From Eledone cirrhosa (Eukaryota): 64,000 nucleotides of DNA. The notes beneath the pieces were generated by a model, which had not been told where the DNA came from, did no database searches, and worked only from the letters and a program-made list of their open reading frames with translations. The position numbers and the translations under genes were made by a program. Location of the stretch: contig OZ024742.1 in NCBI GenBank assembly GCA_964016885.1, forward strand, positions 81,654,001 to 81,718,000, given 5' to 3'. Within the stretch, counting starts at the first letter, position 1. Every line of letters begins with the position of its first letter. Below, in pieces: positions 43,483 through 59,200 of the stretch.

Positions 43483-44270
43483 TTTACATGAACAAGATTG
43501 ACAAGCGCAGCTGCATTGGAAGTGGTGTCATGACTGGCAGGTGTAAAATTAATCGACTGGAATACTAGTCGACATGGTGTATTTAACTCGACAGAAGCTG
43601 ATCTCCTACTTGCACTTAATACGTTTGATGAAGTGTGGCGTATTGCTGAAAAGAAAATCGGTGCTTAGAAAACTGAGACACGTGTCGGCTCAAAGAAGCC
43701 TACACAGTGCACTCTCCATGTGAATGGAGTTCAATTGAAGCAGGTAGAGAAATTCAAGTATCTCGTGGTAGTGTTCACAAGTGATGGAAGCTAGGAAGCT
43801 GAATTAAGAGCAAGAATTGCAAGAGCGGGTGCAGTAATGTGCCACCTTCAGCATTCAGTAAACAGATGAAGGGAGGTAGGTGTAAAGCCCAACTCATTTT
43901 CTTCAATACGGTATTTGTATAAACCTTACCTATGGTAATGACCGAATGAATACGATCCCGAATACAAGCGGCTGAAATGGGATTCCTCCGATAGTGTCTT
44001 TGGAGCTACATTAATCAACAGAGTGCGTAGCTCGGAGATCAGAGAGTAACTGCAAGTAGAGCCTTTACTCCGAATTGAGAGATCACAGGTCAGAGACTAT
44101 GATCAAGTGGCTAGAATGTCTAGGTAAAGAATCGCTGGGGAGATTTTATGGGTAAAACAAACCGGCAAGAGACCCAGGGCTAAACCGACCAATATTGTTG
44201 AGCTTGGTTGGTCAATCTTGGAGATCCACTCGGATCAGTTAGAGACGGTTGCTTATTGACAGGACCCACA
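43483..44270 (+). mobile_element. Decayed RTE-clade LINE, RT C-terminal part
   Basis: LKQVEKFKYL..FTSDG, RIARAGAVM, RSRIQAAEMGFLR, RIERSQ, GKRPR. Confidence 0.8.
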
Positions 44271-44504
44271 TGAATAAATATGCGAAGAAGAAGATATATA
44301 AATAATACTAATCCAATAAATATATGTTAATAAAAGGTTTTATATATGTTGCAACACTCTACTTACATTATAAATAGATACAATATATACGTTGTATATA
44401 TACATATCGACTGTCGATCGATGTTGAGTCAAATTGGACCGCGAAAGCAATTGGTCTTTATATTTGCTAATACTATATATCGGTCGCAACTCCAGGCAGA
44501 AGGT

Positions 44505-44620
44505 GCAACGTAAAATAAAATGTTTTCCTCAAGGAGATAAAGCATCGCCCGGTCTTGGAATCGAATTCACAACCTCATGATTCTGAATCCAATTATATAA
44601 CCAATCAGCTACGCGTCTTC
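44505..44620 (-). mobile_element. tRNA-derived SINE (family 2) fragment
   Basis: Similar to 39880-40003. Confidence 0.55.
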
Positions 44621-44736
44621 AATTATCAATTCATAGCAGAAGGCTTTCTAAATGTTCAGTTATAAACATACCGTATGTCACCAGATGTGCAACTTCACGT
44701 ATTTCATATACAAACATATGTAAGAGGTAATTCTCT

Positions 44737-44801
<65 letters not shown>

Positions 44802-44891
44802 GTCTGCATGTGTGTCTGTATGCGTGTGTGTGTTTGTATATATATATATATGTATATAATAATAAAATTTGGAGAGGGAGCACACGATTTA

Positions 44892-44929
<38 letters not shown>

Positions 44930-44933
<4 letters not shown>

Positions 44934-47900
44934 AACAGCGAGAAGAAAAATATATATTTTTCCTTTTTATATTTTTCTCTCTTTTTTCTGGGTTAGAAAA
45001 TTATTAAAACGAAATATTTCACTTTGTATGAAGTATTAAGACATTAGTTTATTTATTTATTAATTAACAATGGCATTTATTTATTTATTCATACATATAA
45101 TAATTGTCTATTACCGGTTTCAGTATTGTTATGCATTATCAAATGATAATAATATGTATTGGTGTAAAATGGTGGTGTTGAACATGTAAAGGAAATGGTG
45201 CAGAACAAATAATGTTATTTACAAAGAAGGTTTATGAAGTGAAATGAGAAAAGTAAAAAAGGGGCTTACAGTGGAACATAATAAGGCAATGTGAAAGGAA
45301 AAAGAAAAAAGGAAAAATATTATTATTTACAGGCATAGTACTTGAAGATAAGCAGATCAAAATGTGGTAATGTAGCAAGGATGCTTAGTTGATCCATGAT
45401 GGAGGCAAACGGTAGTTGATATGATTTCCCTTTTTAGAGAGTTAATATGCAGGGGCAGGAAATTCAGGGTCGGGGAAAAATGATGGATGGTATTTGATTT
45501 ATTTAAGAAAAATGATTAGGTAGAGTGTAGGGAGGTAACGCTTTAGAGAGACATAGTTATTTGTATATGGTTCATTGTTCGATCCAGTTTTAATTTAGAC
45601 CGAAATTTAATGCATTAAGTAGAGGTTGGAATTTATTAATGAAATACCTTTCCTTATTGGTACGATGGATGAAAGTAGCGTTGTCTATGAATGTTTTGTA
45701 AATGGGGGAAATTTTAAAGTTTCGATATTGGTTGGGTGCACAAATGGCGATATGTTCACTGAATGCAATATTTCTGTATTCCTGTATTTTGATTTGTGAT
45801 TTATGGACGGTCATACGTTGTTAGAGGCTGTTTTCTGTCTGTCCAATGTAGTGCTCTTGACAATCTGAGCAGGTCAAAACATATATTGGGTTTCCAGATG
45901 CACATCTAAAGTTGTGTTTAACTGTGAAATGTTGACCTTTTTTAAAATGGAATGTTGAACCTACTATTAGATTTATGCGTATGCCACAGTTGGGCCTTCC
46001 GCATTTTGTTACTTTAGGGTTCATTGTGAGGGTTGGTTGGATTTTGGATTGTGTGAGGATGTTTTTTTATGGATTTATGTTGGCTTTTGCTCTTTATGAT
46101 GTTGTGTGTTTGGAGGATTTTGTTCATTCTTGGATCTCTTTTTACTGAAGGAATGTTCTGGTTGATGGTGTCGAATGCCTCATTATCGAGGGGGTTGTGT
46201 GTGGAAATGTATTGTAGAGTTTTCTCTTGTGGTTCATTCCTGGGTTTGGGGTGTCTGAGTTCATGGATGTCGAGTTTTAGGGCACGTTGGAATATATTGT
46301 TGATTAGGGATGGTGGGTAGTTTCTGCTGATAAGTGTGTTTTACAATTCTTCTAGTCGTGTGTAGCATGTGTATTTATCTGAAACTATTGTGCAGATCCT
46401 TCTTGCTAGGTATTAAGGAATTGCCATTTGGTATGTAGCGGGTGGGACGAGTTGAATGGAAGGTATTGCTTGGAGTCTGTGGGTTTGTAGTATATGTCTG
46501 TTTCTATGTTGTTGTTTGTTTTCTTGGTAAGGATGTCGAGGAAACGGAGTTGTTCATGGCTGTAATTCATTGTGAATTGTAAGTTTGTGTTGAGTCCATT
46601 TAGAAGGGTTTTAAAGTCAATCAGTCTATCTATACTTTCATGTTAGAGGATGAAGCAGTCGTCCAGATATCTCGTCCAGTTCTTCTCTATGTGTTGGTAG
46701 AAGTGGTTACCGTATTTGTTAGAACTTTGCGGTAGATAGTGGTTTCCAAATATCCCATGACAAGGTTGGCGTATGAGGGGGCTACTTTCGTGCCCATTGC
46801 AGTCCCACATTTCTGTCTGTAGTATTTGGCATCGAATTCGAAGAAATTGTTTTCCCACATGAATATGAGTCCATCCAACACAAATTCCTTAGGGATGTGC
46901 TGTGGGAGTTCACTAGGGAAATGTTCAAGCCATAATTGTATTGCCTCTATATCTAGGTTGTGTGGGATATTGGAATATAAATTGATGAAATCAAAGTTTA
47001 CTAGTAGGGTATGTTCATTATTGAGTGTTGTTGGGAGGTGGTTGAGCATGTCAAGGTCGTCCCTTATGAAGCTTGTTATGTGTTTTAGGAAAGGTTTGAG
47101 CAGAATATCTAGGAAGTAGCTTTGGCGGTGGGTTTCACATATGGTGTCTGATATTATGGGTTTTAATTTAAGGTAATGAGGGGGGGGGGGAGGGGGCTAT
47201 ATTGATGTAAATGTCTGTGGCTTGCTTGCAGGGCCTGCCCATTACTTCGCTTTTGTATGTCTTTGGAATACCGTAGAAGAGGCTGGTTCTGCTTTTGAAA
47301 TTGGTGATGTAGTTGTATTCCTTGTCTGTAAGCCCTTCTTTGAAAAGTGTTGTTAGGGATATTAGGTTTCTCATTATATTCTGTTGTGTGTAGTGTTCGG
47401 CCTTTTCATAATATGTCTAGTTTTCTAGAGTTGAGAGTACTAGAGTCGTGTAGTAATCTGTCCTCATAACGATTACTGCACTCCCTTTATCTGCCTCTTT
47501 GATTAGGGTTTTGTCGTTTTTTAGACTGTTAAAACCATTCCATTCTGTTTTGCTTAGGTTTGGTTTTGTTTATGTCTGTGTAGGTGGTGGTATGGGTAAT
47601 TAGTAATGTGTTCGCAGAATTGATCGAGGAATTTGTTCTTGCCTGTTGGTGGGGTGTAGTTGCTTCTATTTCTGGCTATTGAGTCATCCTCATTGTATGT
47701 GTCGTATAGTTGCTCGGTGAGTCCTAGTTTTCTACAGAATTCTGCAATATCTTCGTTCATTTCGGGGTAGATTGGTCGTTGGGGAGTTGGTGTAAATTTT
47801 AGACTTTTGGAGAGTATGTTGATTTGGTCTGTTGTTAATTCTTTAGAGGTTAAATTAACAATTTTTATTACATTTTGTGTCTCCTGTGTGTTTTGTGTTA

Positions 47901-49130
47901 TCTTGTTACCCTGTATCTGGGTGCTGTGTCTAAAAAATGATTACGGAAGTTGTGGTGGCTGTTGACGTTTGGATGTCTCTTATGGTTGTATTGGCCCCTG
48001 CTATTGTTGTTAGATTGTATGTAGCTGTGGTGGTTGTTGAAGTTGGGTTGTATCGTATGATTGTGTTGAGCACTGCTGTTAATGTAGTGTGGTGTGTAGA
48101 CTTAGTGGTAGTTGTAGTAGGGTTGTCGTGTGTGGTTATATTGTGTCCTGCTGTTGCTGTTATATGGTGTGTAGTTATGGTGGTTGTAGTGCTTAGTGTG
48201 TCTCGTTTTGTTGTATTGTCCCCTGCTGGTGTTGTTGTAGTAGGATGTGGTTAGTAGAGGAGGGTAGATTAATGTTTCCTTGTAGTTGGTGTGTGGTTGT
48301 GAGGCCCTATGTGGCATATGTGGTAGTTGTGTATTTGGGTTCTATGTTGAAAGTAATGATGGTTGTGGGTTGGTTGTGGGTTTGTTGTGTGGGTATGTTA
48401 GGGGGCTAGTAAGTGTGGGGGATTCTATTGTTTCTCCTGGTGGGAGAGAAGTTGTAGTGTCTATCTTTTAGCTGATGTTTCTCTATTACTATATTTCTTG
48501 TTTGTGAATCAGTGTGGTAGTTATGTGGTGGGTGTAGGAGGGAGGGGCGATGTGATGCCTTCTTTTTTTGGCATGTGGGGAGGTATTGTTTTTTTTTGTT
48601 GTTGTTGGTTGTTGCGTCGTGTTTGGGGGTGATTGAGTTTTCTTGTTATTATGGTTTTAATGAAGGGGTTCTTGGAAGTGTGTTTCTTTTGGAAAATATT
48701 TCAATAGTTAGAGAACCAGGTTTCGTTTATTTCCCAAACTTGAAGGGATTTTAAATCTTCATTATTACAATCCTCTAACCATAATTTTGATATATTTCCT
48801 AGAGTGGTATCTTTGGTTTTATTGATAACTGCTTGATAAATCTCATCGTCGATTGATTTGATCCTATTTTCATTTGTTTGGGCTCTCAATTTAAGGAGTT
48901 CAATTTCGGGGGCGTCTTTGTGTCTCGGATTCGTTTGGGATGGAACTAATTTGTAGTTTGCGGGGGATGATTAATGGGGATGATTTAATCCATTTTTCAT
49001 AGATCTCCGCTTGGTTATTGTTTTGTATCATCTTCCTGTTTTTAAGAGATGTGTACCACTGTGGTATTAATTTGTTTCTTTATTCGGTAAGTTGTAAGTG
49101 TATTAGTGTCATGTGTGTTTTCATTCGCTT
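44930..49130 (-). mobile_element. PLE family H (Neptune-like), near full length, decayed
   Basis: IKEADKG, GTAMGTKVAPSYANL, RYLDDCF, CGRPNCG, IYVLTC..YIGQT; decayed HHR at about 45104-45150 (TTGATAA..GAAA-CCGG-TA-ATAGACAA). Confidence 0.9.
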
Positions 49131-49134
49131 GTAA

Positions 49135-52161
<3,027 letters not shown>

Positions 52162-52312
52162 ATACTTTGGGAGGGTCATGTTGCCAATAAGAAACACACG
52201 CACCAGTTGCTTTCACTTCAATTTAATTTATTATATATTTATAAATTTACAAATTTATAAATTTCTGGTTGGTTGGTTGGTTCCACAACCAGATAGTTGT
52301 TTATATATATAT

Positions 52313-52357
52313 AGTCATAGTTCTTTCGTCACACACTCTGTGACCTCTTCAGTGACT
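52313..52357 (-). ncRNA. Minimal type-I hammerhead, family A
   Basis: Reverse complement of 60435-60479. Confidence 0.75.
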
Positions 52358-52667
52358 GGGGATTTCTTTCTTCGTTTCTGTGCCTTTCTTTTCTTTTCTT
52401 CTATCCTACGCCATTTTGTTTGTGTGTGGGTTGCGTGCTCAGTTTGCGCATGCGCCACATCCGGGTGTCTGTGTGTGTTTGTGTTCATTTTTCTATTTTT
52501 CTATTTATATTTTTCTATTTGTTTGTTTATTTATTTATTTATTGTTGGTTGGTTGTTTGTTCTATGTGTGTGTGTGTTTTCATTTTGTCTTGTGTGTGTT
52601 TTCATTTTGTGTGTGTTTTCAATTGTAAGTTGTTTGTTCTATGTGTGTGTGTGTTTTCATTTTGTCC

Positions 52668-55070
52668 TTAATTGTAAGTTGTGATGTTGCTGTTCCACTC
52701 ATATTTTCTATTTAATTTTGGTTTTAATTCTTTTATGCTTACTGCCTCTGTAATTTGCCTAAACATTGCGTCTTTCTTGTGTGTGGATTCTATTTTTATT
52801 TCTATGCTCTCTAATTTACCCCTGTGTTCTATCTTAGCATGTTGGTAGAGCACAGATGATTCTTTATTATCTTGGAGGTCTCGCCAGTGTTCATTTATTC
52901 GTTCCCCTATACTACGAGCTGTCTCACCTATGTACACTATATTTTTGTTTCTACATTGTCCTTCAGTACATCTTATGCTATATACTACATTTCTAGTTTT
53001 ACAGTTAATATGGGGGCTTATTTTACAGGTTATACATTTCTTATCTATACATGAGGGTCTTTGGAACGGGTATGTCTTGCTAACAAGTGCTTTTACGGAG
53101 GTACCAGGTCTTTCTACTATCTTAATATTGAGATTATGTTTCTTTAGGGCCCTTCTAAATTTGTAGGCTAGTTCGCCTCTAGGGGTTGTATTGATGAACA
53201 TTACACTCTGGTATTTATTGCTATCATACCATGAGTTTATTCTATTGGCCTTGTTCTTAGTTCTTTCTATTCTATTCCAAAATTTGCTCCTATACAAGGG
53301 GCAGGTCCCATTTATGTCATTATTTACCATTTTTTCCCATTTGGTTCTGGCTCCTTTATACACTCTGATTCTATCTCTCTGATTGTAGCCAGAGAACTGC
53401 ATACGGTGGATGAAGTGTTGTATGTGTCTCTCTAGTTCTTCGGGGTTGCACATGCGGGACACATTTCTCATCACCCGTACCAAATCCGCAATCAGTATGT
53501 TGATTTTGGTATGGTCCGAAATGGCCGAGTTTCGGTGGATCAGATGTTTGGAAGTCATGGGTTTGGCATAATGGGAATGGAGGATTTGTTTTTGGTTGTT
53601 AATTGTATCTAACCAGAGCTCTGTGTCTAGTACAGGTAATCGATGGTTGGGGTGTCTACTTGGGTAGTCTATAGTAACTCTAATGCTCTGGTGGATGGAG
53701 TTTGCTATTTGCTGGATGCTTTCCATTGTGTTTTTCTCTAGTTCCTGACTGTTCTTTAGTGGGGGTGTCTTAACTACGATGTTTATATCATCTACGTAGC
53801 GGGAGTACATTATCAGGGTTAAGCTGTCTTCTAATTGTTCATTAAGTTTTTGTTTAAGTCTACTGTCCCACCATACCATGAATAAGTTAGCTATGTCGCC
53901 TGCAATGCTAACACCAATGGCTGCTCCTTCCTCTTGGGCATATGTTTTACCATTAAATTTGAACATATGTTCCTTAAGGGTTAATTTTATGCTGGCCCCT
54001 ACCGCATGTGCAATCATTTTCTTCAGTTCATCGTGGTTTTCGGGTGTCCGTATGGCTCTGGTCCACCAATCCATCTATCTGTGTGGGTTTTCTTGGCCAT
54101 TGAGGTAATGGTAGGTGGTCTGCCTCTTGCTGGTCTTGTAGGGCACAGGTTGCTAAGGTCATAAGTGTCTAGGTAACTATTACTATGGGTAAGCTTAAGT
54201 AGAAGTCCCAGCTCACTGGTATCAATCCCACGGAACTCAACCTTGCTCTCGCTGATCATTTCTACGCATTTCTCCACAGCAAAATCCACGTCAATAGATG
54301 GATACAGGGACACAACATCCATACTGCCTATTATGCAGTTTGTTAGGTCCCCAGATCGGTTACCCGCGCCGATTCTGCTGACGAGGTCCTCCGTGCTGTC
54401 GCACACATCTGGGGACATCTCAATGATGGGGCGTATGATCAGGGAGAGGAAGTAGGACAGTCTGTAGTTACTAGCAATGTTAGCCCCACAGACTGGCCGT
54501 GTTGGTGGTCCCGCGACAGGGTCCCAGCCCGTTTTATGGTCTTTTCGAAGCCCATACAACGCCGGCACGTCATTGTTCCAGGCCTGGAAGTTGTTGGCAG
54601 TCCTTTTGTTGGGCTGCATTATATTTGTCCACATCACCATATGGGCATTGAGGGTTTTTTCTCTATCCTCATGCTCCTGTGGTGTTACCTCTCTTGTGTT
54701 AGTGATGTGGGGTTGCATTGCTTGGATGTAGTTTGGCAGGCTGTCAACCGACATTCTGCCAGACTTGTCTGTTGGAAAGCATGCTATCTCTCCATTACGC
54801 GAGCGCTGCATGAGCTTACGCAAGCCATTTGCAGATTCTTCTCCCAGTTGCTGGGCCTCTATTCTATTATGCTTCTTGCTATACTGTTCTATAATATTTC
54901 TAAGTTCGGATTTAGCTATACTAAATTGTGCTTCTGTTTGTTCATCGACCTGCGACGGCAACTGCGTGCGTTTGTTAAATGGCAAAGTCGTGGCGTGGAC
55001 TCGTCGTAGGTCGAATGATTTATCGGAGGGGTTATAAAACGGAGAGTTCCAGGTTGCTGCTTTATGTGTA
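52668..55070 (-). pseudogene. 5'-truncated, frameshifted family A RT-GIY-YIG ORF
   Basis: ORFs 54023-54985 and 52668-54074, broken by an indel near 54070. Confidence 0.9.
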
Positions 55071-55146
55071 CTAGTGCTAGTGCTAGTGCTAGTGCTGGCT
55101 ACAATCAGAGAGATAGAATCAGAGTGTATAAAGGAGCCAGAACCAA

Positions 55147-55830
55147 ATGGGAAAAAATGGTGAAAAAATGGTAAATAATGACATAAATGGGACCTGCCCC
55201 TTGTATAGGAGCAAATTTTGGAATAGAATAGAAAGAACTAAGAACAAGGCCAATAGAATAAACTCATGGTATGATAGCAATAAATACCAGAGTGTAATGT
55301 TCATCAATACAACCCCTAGAGGCGAACTAGCCTACAAATTTAGAAGGGCCCTAAAGAAACATAATCTCAATATTAAGATAGTAGAAATACCTGGTACCTC
55401 CGTAAAAGCACTTGTTAGCAAGACATACCCGTTCCAAAGACCCTCATGTATAGATAAGAAATGTATAACCTGTAAAATAAGCCCCCATATTAACTGTAAA
55501 ACTAGAAATGTAGTATATAGCATAAGATGTACTGAAGGACAATGTAGAAACAAAAATATAGTGTACATAGGTGAGACAGCTCGTAGTATAGGGGAACGAA
55601 TAAATGAACACTGGCGAGACCTCCAAGGTAATAAAGAATCATCTGTGCTCTACCAACATGCTAAGATAGAACACAGGGGTAAATTAGAGAGCATAGAAAT
55701 AAAAATAGAATCCACACACAAGAAAGACGCAATGTTTAGGCAAATTACAGAGGCAGTAAGCATAAAAGAATTAAAACCAAAATTAAATAGAAAATATGAG
55801 TGGAACAGCAACATCACAACTTACAATTAA
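55147..55830 (+). pseudogene. 3' fragment of family A ORF (Cys linker and GIY-YIG)
   Basis: Nearly identical to the C-terminus of 56273-60124. Confidence 0.9.
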
Positions 55831-56118
55831 GGACAAAATGAAAACACACACACACATAGAACAAACAACTTACAATTGAAAACACACACAAAATGAAAAC
55901 ACACACACACATAGAACAAACAACCAACCAACAATAAATAAATAAATAAACAAACAAATAGAAAAATATAAATAGAAAAATAGAAAAATGAACACAAACA
56001 CACACAGACACCCGGATGTGGCGCATACGCAAAGTGAGCACGCAACCCACACACAAACAAAATGGCGTAGGATAGAAGAAAAGAAAAGAAAGGCACAGAA
56101 ACGAAGAAAGAAATCCCC

Positions 56119-56163
56119 AGTCACTGAAGAGGTCACAGAGTGTGTGACGAAAGAACTATGACT
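56119..56163 (+). ncRNA. Minimal type-I hammerhead, family A, upstream pLTR
   Basis: AGTCA-CTGAAGA-G-GTCAC-AGAGTGT-GTGAC-GAAA-GAAC-TA-TGACT. Confidence 0.75.
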
Positions 56164-56272
56164 ATATATATATAAACAACTATCTGGTTGTGGAACCAAC
56201 CAACCAACCAGAAATTTATAAATTTGTAAATTTATAAATATATAATAAATTAAATTGAAGTGAAAGCAACTG

Positions 56273-59200
56273 GTGCGTGTGTTTCTTATTGGCAACGTGA
56301 CCCTCCCAAAGTATAACAATATCGGTTTCAACACACGATTTCAGATAAAGAATCTTGCTAAACAAATTCAGAAACGAAATATCGTAAGCCTTAGCCAGGC
56401 TAACAAGATACTGAAAACCACCATGTTCTGTTGTCTACGAAAAACCATAACATCTCGACAACTACGCTTCATAAAACTGTGCACCACTTCTAGAATCTAC
56501 ACCAACACCATCAATACCGACGTTAGAAGATTACAACTCACCAAAAAACAAGCAGATAGGCTAAAACGAACTTTAATTCTAAACATAAAAAAGAAGATCT
56601 ATAGAGAATTAAGTCATCAAGAAAAACTAAAGCGTAACCTAATACAAGAAATATCTAAAATCACCACACCAGCAGAAAAACTAACATTTATAAGCCTTAT
56701 ACGCCCCGAAGAACAGTACATTACTCAAGAATGTAATAAGCACCTTAACCGAAAATTAAAGTGGCTTAAACAGGCAAAGCTAAATCGGGATACTATAGAG
56801 TATACCAATAGATATCCCGACAAAATTGACGGTATCAACATGGCCGACACCTCATTATCTGAAGAGTTCAACAATGAAAATACCAACATTTATGGAAACA
56901 CGGAAATAGATAATAATGAAATGTCTGTGTTACGTCTGCCACCCAAATTTGCAACATTCAAGAAGGTAAATATGATTAGTTGTCTGTCAGAAATAGAAAA
57001 ATCATTTACGAAACTACGCTGGAGCATCAAAAACAAAAACAAAAGCAACAATATACGCACACACATATACAACACACATCCCAACAACAACAGACACACA
57101 GACACAAACAACAATAACAACAACAATAGCAACATACTCAGATACAACAACAACAATAGCAACATACCCAGATACAACAGACACGCAGACACAAACAACA
57201 ATAACAACACACACGGAGACAACAATAACAACAACACACACATCAACAACAACAACAATAGCAACATACCCAGATACAACAACAACAGACACGCAAACAC
57301 AAACAACAATAACAACACACACAACAACGATAACACACACACACACCGAGACAACAACAACACACATCAACAACAACACACATCAACAACAACAACACAC
57401 ACGCATTCAATGCCTCTCACCACCACCACAATCTTAACAAACACACAAACACAGAAAACAAGTAATGACAGTAGCACAGAAATCAGAGAAATAAGAGAAA
57501 GTAATAGTAATAGGATTAAAAGGAAAAGGAGATGGGAGACTAAGGACAAAGAGAATAACCAAGACGAACACACAGACACACAAAATAGGGTAGATAACAA
57601 CATTGAGCCAGTGGAAAGAGACAGGAGTAATTATGAGAGACATATAAACAACCATGAAGCTGAGGCTGCTGTTGTTGGTGGAAATAGAAACAACACAACC
57701 AACAATAACAATAGCACTAGTACACATAAAGCAGCAGCCTGGAACTCTCCGTTTTATAACCCCTCCGATAAATCATTCGACCTACGACGAGTCCACGCCA
57801 CGACTTTGCCATTTAACAAACGCACGCAGTTGCCGTCGCAGGTCGATGAACAAACAGAAGCACAATTTAGTATAGCTAAATCCGAACTTAGAAATATTAT
57901 AGAACAGTATAGCAAGAAGCATAATAGAATAGAGGCCCAGCAACTGGGAGAAGAATCTGCAAATGGCTTGCGTAAGCTCATGCAGCGCTCGCGTAATGGA
58001 GAGATAGCATGCTTTCCAACAGACAAGTCTGGCAGAATGTCGGTTGACAGCCTGCCAAACTACATCCAGGCAATGCAACCCCACATCACTAACACAAAAG
58101 AGGTAACACCACAGGAGCATGAGGATAGAGAAAAAACCCTCAATGCCCATATGGTGATGTGGACAAATATAATGCAGCCCAACAAAAGGACTGCCAACAA
58201 CTTCCAGGCCTGGAACAATGACGTGCCGGCGTTGTATGGGCTTCGAAAAGACCATAAAACGGGCTGGGACCCTGTCGCGGGACCACCAACACGGCCAGTC
58301 TGTGGGGCTAACATTGCTAGTAACTACAGACTGTCCTACTTCCTCTCCCTGATCATACGCCCCATCATTGAGATGTCCCCAGATGTGTGCGACAGCACGG
58401 AGGACCTCGTCAGCAGAATCGGCGCGGGTAACCGATCTGGGGACCTAACAAACTGCATAATAGGCAGTATGGATGTTGTGTCCCTGTATCCATCTATTGA
58501 CGTGGATTTTGCTGTGGAGAAATGCGTAGAAATGATCAGCGAGAGCAAGGTTGAGTTCCGTGGGATTGATACCAGTGAGCTGGGACTTCTACTTAAGCTT
58601 ACCCATAGTAATAGTTACCTAGACACTTATGACCTTAGCAACCTGTGCCCTACAAGACCAGCAAGAGGCAGACCACCTACCATTACCTCAATGGCCAAGA
58701 AAACCCACACAGATAGATGGAACGGGTGGACCAGAGCCATACGGACACCCGAAAACCACGATGAACTGAAGAAAATGATTGCACATGCGGTAGGGGCCAG
58801 CATAAAATTAACCCTTAAGGAACATATGTTCAAATTTAATGGTAAAACATATGCCCAAGAGGAAGGAGCAGCCATTAGTGTTAGCATTGCAGGCGACATA
58901 GCTAACTTATTCATGGTATGGTGGGACAGTAGACTTAAACAAAAACTTAATGAACAATTAGAAGACAGCTTAACCCTGATAATGTACTCCCGCTACGTAG
59001 ATGATATAAACATCGTAGTTAAGACACCCCCACTAAAGAACAGTCAGGAACTAGAGAAAAACACAATGGAAAGCATCCAGCAAATAGCAAACTCCATCCA
59101 CCAGAGCATTAGAGTTACTATAGACTACCCAAGTAGACACCCCAACCATCGATTACCTGTACTAGACACAGAGCTCTGGTTAGATACAATTAACAACCAA

